Positions 58,727 to 64,000 of a stretch of DNA of 64,000 nt are shown piece by piece. The position numbers were made by a program, and so were the translations under genes. The stretch's first letter is position 1, and every line of letters starts with the position of its first letter. The stretch is from Steroidobacteraceae bacterium. Lineage in GTDB: Bacteria > Pseudomonadota > Gammaproteobacteria > Steroidobacterales > Steroidobacteraceae. The DNA lies in the NCBI GenBank assembly GCA_041395505.1, contig JAWLAG010000002.1:555556-619555 (forward strand), in the 5' to 3' direction. A model generated the notes under the pieces. The model was not told the origin of the DNA and did not search any database. It saw nothing but the letters and a program-made list of their open reading frames with translations.

Positions 58727-60046
58727 TCAGTCGCCAGCCAGAAACTGCGCATAGATCGGCGGACTGCCGATGCGCAGCAGGTCACCGGCATGCAGCGGCG
58801 TGCGCTTCGCGACGCGTTGGCCGTTGTGGAAGCTGCCGTGGCGACTGTGATCCACGAGGTAGTGCCGGTCGCCATCGGCCTCGATGGTGCAGTGATGGCG
58901 CGACACGCCCTGCGCGTTTGCCGGCAACGGAATATCGCAGCCCTCGCGCCCAAGGGTCCTGTGTTCGGCAGCCAATTCGAAACGCTGGCCGTTGATGGCG
59001 ATTGCGGTGGGCGTTGCCGGGGTCGCACTTCGAATCGGCGTCCAGGCCGGCGCGAACACGGGCTCTGCCAGTGTCGGCACGGCAAGTGCCAGTGCGAGCC
59101 CCGAACCTGCGACCGCTTGCCGCGATGCCGCCATCGCCGCGACGCCTTGTGGCAGCAGTGCCATTCGACCCGCGCAGACCGCCGCGATCGCCACCGGGAA
59201 ACCTGGCCAGTGCTCGCAGTGCCGCGGCAGGAGAAGCGAAACGTCGCTCACGGCGCCGAGCTCCGCCAGCACTTGCTGCACGCGCTCATAGAGTGGCGCT
59301 GCGGCGTACTGCAGGTCGGCCGCCGCAATCCTGGCGGTGAACGCTCGTCCCTGCGAACTCAGTTGTACCTGTGCCAATTGCCCGTGCGCCAGACGCTCCA
59401 GCACACGCGGCAGCGCATCGTATAGCTGTTGTTCGAGCTGTCCGTGATGGAGAGGATCGAAGCGGGTCTGGCGCACCATGCTGGCCGCGATGCACTCGAG
59501 CCACAGCTCCTGCATGCGGATCAGCCCGATGCCCTCCACGGTTACGGATCGCAGCCTGCGCGCAGCCGCGCCGGTTTCTACCAGGCTTGCAGCAACGTGA
59601 TGAAGACCCACTTCGAGCACGATCGCGGCACCTTGCACGCCGCTTGCAGCCGCGCTGAGTGCAGCAGCGTCGCACAGTTGCGGCTCGGGCAACTCGAGCG
59701 CCGCGAACAGTCCGGGAATCACGCCGAGCGGAGCGATGTCGAAGCGCGCCGGGACGGCGACGACGTACTGGTCGTCGCTGCCGCCGTAGCTGGCAAGACG
59801 CCTGCGTAACTCGCTCGCAAGCAGCATGTTGTTGGCATCATCGTCGCCGTTGCCAAGCTGCAGGCTTTGCCAGTGATCGCTGCTGACCCGTTCCGGCGCC
59901 TCGCGCAGCAGGGATTGCGCGTCATCGCCGAGGCTGCCGTTGCCGGCCGAGCCATTGTCGACGAGGCTCGGTCGGCAATCGAGCAACACGCCGTCGCTCG
60001 CGATGGCATACGACGCGTCGTCGACATGCAGACCGAGGCAGGCCAT
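58727..60046 (-). CDS. Actin/Hsp70-like N-terminal domain + C-terminal FHA-domain protein
   Basis: C-terminal FHA (LGREGCDIPLPANAQGVSRHHCTIEADGDRHYLVDHSRHGSFHNGQRV..GDLLRIG). N-terminus LGLHVDDASYAIASDG..YVVAVPARFD..LCDAAALSAAA resembles phosphate-1/adenosine motifs of sugar-kinase/Hsp70/actin ATPases (tentative). Start set at MACLGL so the gene abuts motA-like without overlap. Confidence 0.75.
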   Translation of the reverse strand: MACLGLHVDDASYAIASDGVLLDCRPSLVDNGSAGNGSLGDDAQSLLREAPERVSSDHWQSLQLGNGDDDANNMLLASELRRRLASYGGSDDQYVVAVPARFDIAPLGVIPGLFAALELPEPQLCDAAALSAAASGVQGAAIVLEVGLHHVAASLVETGAAARRLRSVTVEGIGLIRMQELWLECIAASMVRQTRFDPLHHGQLEQQLYDALPRVLERLAHGQLAQVQLSSQGRAFTARIAAADLQYAAAPLYERVQQVLAELGAVSDVSLLLPRHCEHWPGFPVAIAAVCAGRMALLPQGVAAMAASRQAVAGSGLALALAVPTLAEPVFAPAWTPIRSATPATPTAIAINGQRFELAAEHRTLGREGCDIPLPANAQGVSRHHCTIEADGDRHYLVDHSRHGSFHNGQRVAKRTPLHAGDLLRIGSPPIYAQFLAGD

Positions 60047-60051
60047 GGCCG

Positions 60052-60891
60052 TCAGTGCGCCTGCATGTTGCGGATGACTTTCTGATCGAGATAGGTTTCG
60101 GCATCGTGCACGAGCCGCTCCTGCACGAGCTGCAACTGGTGCAGCAGGAACATCAGCAGTATCGACAGCAACAGCGCGATCAGCGTTGAATTGAATGCCA
60201 CACCGAGTCCGGCGGTGACGCCGCTGATATCGCCCGATACAGCCTTGTGTGCCTGCGAGAGTGCATCGCCGATGCCGCGCACCGTACCGATGAAGCCGAT
60301 GGCCGGTATGGCCCAGGCGATGTAGCGCAGCATCGACAGCTCCGAATCGAGACGCTCGGACTCGGTCTCGCATACCGCGTGGGCCACATCGGACACGTCC
60401 TGGACGTTTCGCGTCGCGCCAAACCGTCCGAGTGCGGCAAGGAGTGCGCGCGGCACGAGCGCGTTGCGTTGCTCAGCCGGCAGCGCCTCGAGTTGCCGCG
60501 AGTACTCGCGCGTGTCCTCGGGCAGTATGCGCATGCCCTCCGGAATGCGCAGTACTTCCCCGTCCAGGATCTGCCGCTCGCGACGCTGCGACAGGGCCTT
60601 GTAGCCCATGATCGCAAGGGCCCAGAGCATGAGGATGATCTCGGATTCCTGCTCGTAGTCCTTGATGAGGATGTAGGGACTGCGCTCGGCGACGAAATTC
60701 GGGTCCTGGTCCATGGCGAGTTTCTGCGCGGCCATGATGGCATTCGCCGTCGGTCGCACATGCAGGACATAGATCGTGTGTACCAGCAGGATCGCCAGCA
60801 TCAGCGCCGCTACGTTGAATGAAAACTCATTCGGATAGCGCCGCAGCTGCAGCAGATTGGCCGGACTGGAAATTGCATTCGTGTCATTCAT
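60052..60891 (-). CDS. MotA/TolQ/ExbB-family proton-channel protein
   Basis: 3-4 TM helices with conserved C-terminal block AIPAIGFIGTVRGIGDALSQA..GVAFNSTLIALLLSILLMFLL. Confidence 0.85.
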   Translation of the reverse strand: MNDTNAISSPANLLQLRRYPNEFSFNVAALMLAILLVHTIYVLHVRPTANAIMAAQKLAMDQDPNFVAERSPYILIKDYEQESEIILMLWALAIMGYKALSQRRERQILDGEVLRIPEGMRILPEDTREYSRQLEALPAEQRNALVPRALLAALGRFGATRNVQDVSDVAHAVCETESERLDSELSMLRYIAWAIPAIGFIGTVRGIGDALSQAHKAVSGDISGVTAGLGVAFNSTLIALLLSILLMFLLHQLQLVQERLVHDAETYLDQKVIRNMQAH

Positions 60892-60906
60892 GGTCTGCGC
60901 CTGCAG

Positions 60907-61182
60907 TTAGATGTCGATTGGAAACGAGACGTTATTGTCAGCCGAATCGCGCATGCTCGGGTCGCTCTCCGCATCCGCGCCCTGGCTCAAGGGTTCGGCC
61001 GGCTTTTCCTGGGCCTGCGGCTCCGCGGTATCCGTTTTCTCCACGGGCTCCTGCTGTTGCGCCTGTGCTTCCTGGGCCAGGAGGCGCGTACCGTAGAGAA
61101 CGGCGGTGCCACAGAGCAGCGCCGCAAGGGCGGTCAGGGCGATCAACGCCAGGGTCTGGCGCTCAGCGCGACGCAAGGGCAT
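60907..61182 (-). CDS. Small single-TM protein with acidic/Gln-rich tail
   Basis: 91 aa, TM LALIALTALAALLCGTAVLYG. Packed between motA-like and the upstream FHA-PEGA-FGE gene (20-nt overlap). Confidence 0.45.
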   Translation of the reverse strand: MPLRRAERQTLALIALTALAALLCGTAVLYGTRLLAQEAQAQQQEPVEKTDTAEPQAQEKPAEPLSQGADAESDPSMRDSADNNVSFPIDI

Positions 61183-63652
61183 TGCTGTCCTCCTCGGTGT
61201 ACTGCACGCCAGCGGGATCAGCGTAGCGCGCTATCCGAAACCCAAGATTGTTGGCTGCGACATCGCCGGCCTCGCGCCAGGCCAGGCGCAGCTCGGCGGT
61301 GAGCGTCGTGCGCCAGCTTGCGCCGCGAAACACATGGCTGCGCCCACTCTCCGGGCCCAGCGGGTCGATACTCGCCTCTCGATCCGGAAACGCGGCGTAA
61401 CGATCATTGACCCACTCGGACACGTTGCCGCCCATGTCGAAGAGTCCGGAGGGATTGGCTGGAAACCGGCCGGTTGGTGCGACTGCCTTGTACTCGTCAC
61501 TGTGGCCCGCAAGCGCCGAGCCGAGAATGCCGCCCGCCTCGCTGCCACCGAGATTGTCCCGCCCGCTCGGCACGGGCAGGCTGTTCCCCCAGGCATAACG
61601 CAGGAGACCGCCCGGGGACACGCGCGCCGCGTACTCCCATTCGGCCTCGGTCGGCAGACGATAGCCATCGCCGACGGGCGTACGCAGCACCCAGTGGTCC
61701 GAACGCCGCTCGTAGGCTTCGGCGAGTCCGGCTTCACGTGACAACCAATTGCAATACTCGACGGCCTCTGCCCAGTCGACACCGGTGACGGCCTGGGAGT
61801 CGAGATCGATGCTGAGATCGCCGACGATGCCCGACTTGTGATCGGGGCGAAATCGCCGAAATTCGCCGTTGCTGACTTCGGTCACGCCGATGTAGAACGG
61901 GCGCTTCAGCGTGACCGCGCGCAGCGACTCATTGGGACGTCGCCCCTGTTCGCGCCGCGCGCTGCCCATGTTGAACTGACCGCCCGTGATGAGCTGCAAG
62001 GCAGCACCCGTGGGCGCGCGGATGGTTCGCGCCAGGGCTTCGCGGCGCGCACCGGGACGGAACAGCTGGTAATCAACCTGGCGCGCCACGCCCGGTAACA
62101 GCGCCACCTTCTGCGTGAGGGGTTCGAAACCCTCGGCGCGCAACTCCAGCTGGTAATCGCCTGCCGGCAGATCAACGCGAAGCGGCGCGCGTCCACGGAC
62201 GACACCGTTGATGAATACATCGGCCGCGGCGGGTTCGCCGGCTATATTCAGACTCACGTTGAGCGCTTCGAGTGCAACCTTGAGCTGCTCGGTCTTGCCT
62301 GCCACTGCCGTGAACTGCACGGCGCGGCTGCGATAGCCACGCCGCGACACCAGCACCGGATAATCGACTCCCGGTGCGAGACTGACAGTCAGTGGCGTGC
62401 GGCCACGATACTTGCCGCCGACAGAAACCTCCGCCGCGGAAGGCTGACTGCGAACCTCGAGCAGTGCATCCGGTGCGCCAAGATCGATGGGACCAAGATC
62501 CATCGTCCGGCCCGCCTGCACCACGACGCTGCTGTCCCAGGCACGGGCGTCGCTCGCCGTGATGCGCAGCCTGTGTACGCCGGCAGGCAGCTCGAGACGC
62601 GCCGGAAGCGCTTGCGCCGGTTGGTCGTCGACGCGAAGCAGGGCGGCCGCGCTGCTGCTCGAGACATTGACGACGCCCCAGTCGGGTTGCATTTCGATTG
62701 CGATCGTCTGTCGCAGGCCACCACCCTCGACGTCGATCTTGCCGATCGCATCGAGATAGCGCTTGGCCCGCAGGGTGATGGTATGCGCGCCCGGCTTGAT
62801 CTCGAGCTCGCCCGGCACTTTCCCCGCCTCGGCACCATCGACGTAGGCGAGCGCAGCGATGTCGGCCGTGTCGACCGTCACGAGACCCGGCTTCCTGACG
62901 AGCCGGATCCGGACCGGTGCGGTCATGCCGTCGCTCGCCACGATCGCGACTTCGCCATCGTAATAGCCCTCGCGGCGCGCGCGCAGCTGGTGTCGACCTG
63001 CAAATACGAACAGGGTGTCGCCGGCATGCCAGCTGAACAGGCTGCCTGTCGCGCGAACGTTGAGGTCATTGGGCGCCAGATCGAGCGGCACGCGAATCAG
63101 CGCGGCAATGAACAGCGTCGTTGCGAGCGCCGCGGCGGAGACCGCCGCCAGCACCCAGCGCAGGCGTTGGGTCGGCGGTGCGGCTGAGCGGCGACGAGGG
63201 AGCGTTGTGCCGACCGGAAGCTGCACCGCAATGGGCTTGATGGCGATCGACTCTTCGCTGTGGGTCACCACGCGAGTCGTAGCGGGAAGTTGCCCGGGCG
63301 CCTGGGTGCGATTGGCAACATCGTGCTCGACGTCGAGGGCGAGTGTGCCGTCCGCCTCCTGCAAACGAAGTTGCACGCGGCCGCAGTGAACGACATCGCC
63401 CGGCGCGAGATCGTGGTGATCATCGAGACGGTCGCCATTGACGTCGACTGCGGGGGCGCCGGCGAGCTTCACGAGCCGCAGCCGACCGTCGATGACTTCG
63501 ATGTTGAGCATCGGCCCGGTCGGGCCGGGCACGACGATCGTCGCACCGGCCCCGCCGATGGTCAGCGGCAGCCGCATCCGCCGCTGCCCCTGCGGCTCGA
63601 TGATCGTCAGGTCGGTGAGTTCGCGCATTGCGGGACGCGCGCCGGTGGTCAT
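61163..63652 (-). CDS. FHA + TM + PEGA repeats + FGE-sulfatase (SUMF1-like) domain membrane protein
   Basis: N-terminal FHA-like (LPLTIGGAGATIVVPG..LAPGDVVHCGRVQLRL). TM (WVLAAVSAAALATTLFIAALI). Several PEGA-like repeats (VSVGGKYRGRTPLTVSLAPGVDYPVLVSRRGY, VFINGVVRGRAPLRVDLPAGDYQLELRAEGF). C-terminal FGE-sulfatase fold (GVDWAEAVEYCNWLS..YRLPTEAEWEYAAR..MGGNVSEWVND..GFRIARY). Confidence 0.8.
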   Translation of the reverse strand: MTTGARPAMRELTDLTIIEPQGQRRMRLPLTIGGAGATIVVPGPTGPMLNIEVIDGRLRLVKLAGAPAVDVNGDRLDDHHDLAPGDVVHCGRVQLRLQEADGTLALDVEHDVANRTQAPGQLPATTRVVTHSEESIAIKPIAVQLPVGTTLPRRRSAAPPTQRLRWVLAAVSAAALATTLFIAALIRVPLDLAPNDLNVRATGSLFSWHAGDTLFVFAGRHQLRARREGYYDGEVAIVASDGMTAPVRIRLVRKPGLVTVDTADIAALAYVDGAEAGKVPGELEIKPGAHTITLRAKRYLDAIGKIDVEGGGLRQTIAIEMQPDWGVVNVSSSSAAALLRVDDQPAQALPARLELPAGVHRLRITASDARAWDSSVVVQAGRTMDLGPIDLGAPDALLEVRSQPSAAEVSVGGKYRGRTPLTVSLAPGVDYPVLVSRRGYRSRAVQFTAVAGKTEQLKVALEALNVSLNIAGEPAAADVFINGVVRGRAPLRVDLPAGDYQLELRAEGFEPLTQKVALLPGVARQVDYQLFRPGARREALARTIRAPTGAALQLITGGQFNMGSARREQGRRPNESLRAVTLKRPFYIGVTEVSNGEFRRFRPDHKSGIVGDLSIDLDSQAVTGVDWAEAVEYCNWLSREAGLAEAYERRSDHWVLRTPVGDGYRLPTEAEWEYAARVSPGGLLRYAWGNSLPVPSGRDNLGGSEAGGILGSALAGHSDEYKAVAPTGRFPANPSGLFDMGGNVSEWVNDRYAAFPDREASIDPLGPESGRSHVFRGASWRTTLTAELRLAWREAGDVAANNLGFRIARYADPAGVQYTEEDSNALASR

Positions 63653-63659
63653 GTCGGCC

Positions 63660-64000
63660 TCAGATGGCTTCGTCGCAGCGCACGATGACCGTCTGAACGC
63701 TCTCTCCCGGCGTTACGACTATCTCGCGGCGCACGTCGCGGTAGCCGGTACGCGTACCGACCACGACATAACGTCCGGGTTTCAGTTCGACTTGTCGTCG
63801 CATGAAGCTTCCGTACTGCCCGACACGCGTGATGCTCACCGTGGTCGCGTCGTCAGACTCGAGCACGACCGATACTGGTTTGTCGTATTCGGGCAGCAAA
63901 AGTTCGATTCGGGCGATCTGCGAGCGCAGCACGGGTCCCTGGGGACTGATGCCGCGGGCCTGCTCGAGGAGCGAGTCGGCCTCGTTGCGGACTTCGGCAG
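63660..64000 (-). CDS. PEGA-domain protein, N-terminal part outside the window (partial)
   Basis: C-terminal sequence ..VSITRVGQYGSFMRRQVELKPGRYVVVGTRTGYRDVRREIVVTPGE is a PEGA repeat. The frame stays open to the window end. Confidence 0.5.
   Translation of the reverse strand, partial: AEVRNEADSLLEQARGISPQGPVLRSQIARIELLLPEYDKPVSVVLESDDATTVSITRVGQYGSFMRRQVELKPGRYVVVGTRTGYRDVRREIVVTPGESVQTVIVRCDEAI

Noticed and set aside
1-64000. CRISPR arrays, IS elements, integrases, phage structural genes, toxin-antitoxin pairs
   Set aside because: I found no direct-repeat/spacer periodicity, no transposase (DDE/HUH) or tyrosine/serine recombinase motifs, and no phage hallmark proteins on either strand.

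Overview
This 64 kb window is high-GC (roughly 65-68%) and densely coding. It looks like chromosomal DNA from a Gammaproteobacteria-like organism: the gene set gmd-fcl, yqiJK, hrpB, ygiQ, yceH, macAB-like, phoX and a tRNA-Met is typical. I found no transposase, integrase, CRISPR array or phage genes. Most of the window is housekeeping or envelope genes: GDP-fucose synthesis, a DsbA-like oxidoreductase, two S9 peptidases, an M48 peptidase, an NlpC/P60 hydrolase, a Zn-metallopeptidase, an HlyD/ABC/2xFtsX efflux set, an MFS transporter, a flotillin/NfeD pair, the HrpB helicase, the YgiQ radical-SAM protein, an acyl-CoA synthetase, a GST and a GGDEF-EAL protein. The most unusual feature is a tightly packed minus-strand operon at about 55.8-64.0 kb that runs off the window edge. 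It encodes a MotA/TolQ/ExbB-like proton-channel protein and two paralogous proteins that join an ExbD/TolR-like N-terminal transmembrane helix (with a buried Asp), a coiled coil and a von Willebrand A (VWA) domain. It also encodes a protein with an Hsp70/actin-like N-terminus and a C-terminal FHA domain, a large protein with an FHA domain, a transmembrane helix, PEGA repeats and an FGE-sulfatase domain, a further PEGA protein, a small single-TM protein and a Pro-rich lipoprotein. I do not recognise this combination as any described system. It looks like a candidate proton-motive-force-coupled, phospho-Thr-regulated membrane signalling or conflict module. Other notable features are a secreted Sel1-repeat/coiled-coil/caspase (C14) protein with an intact His-Cys dyad beside an orphan ECF sigma factor, and a 1.8 k-aa tandemly duplicated UvrA paralog translationally coupled to a Cys-rich mini-protein. 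There is also a decayed phoD pseudogene, a two-SPOR-domain protein with a long Pro/Ala-rich linker, and a lysine-rich mini-protein with a clean intrinsic terminator. The many long antisense ORFs in the six-frame track are artefacts of high GC. All starts were chosen by eye from signal peptides, Shine-Dalgarno motifs and gene packing, and should be treated as approximate.
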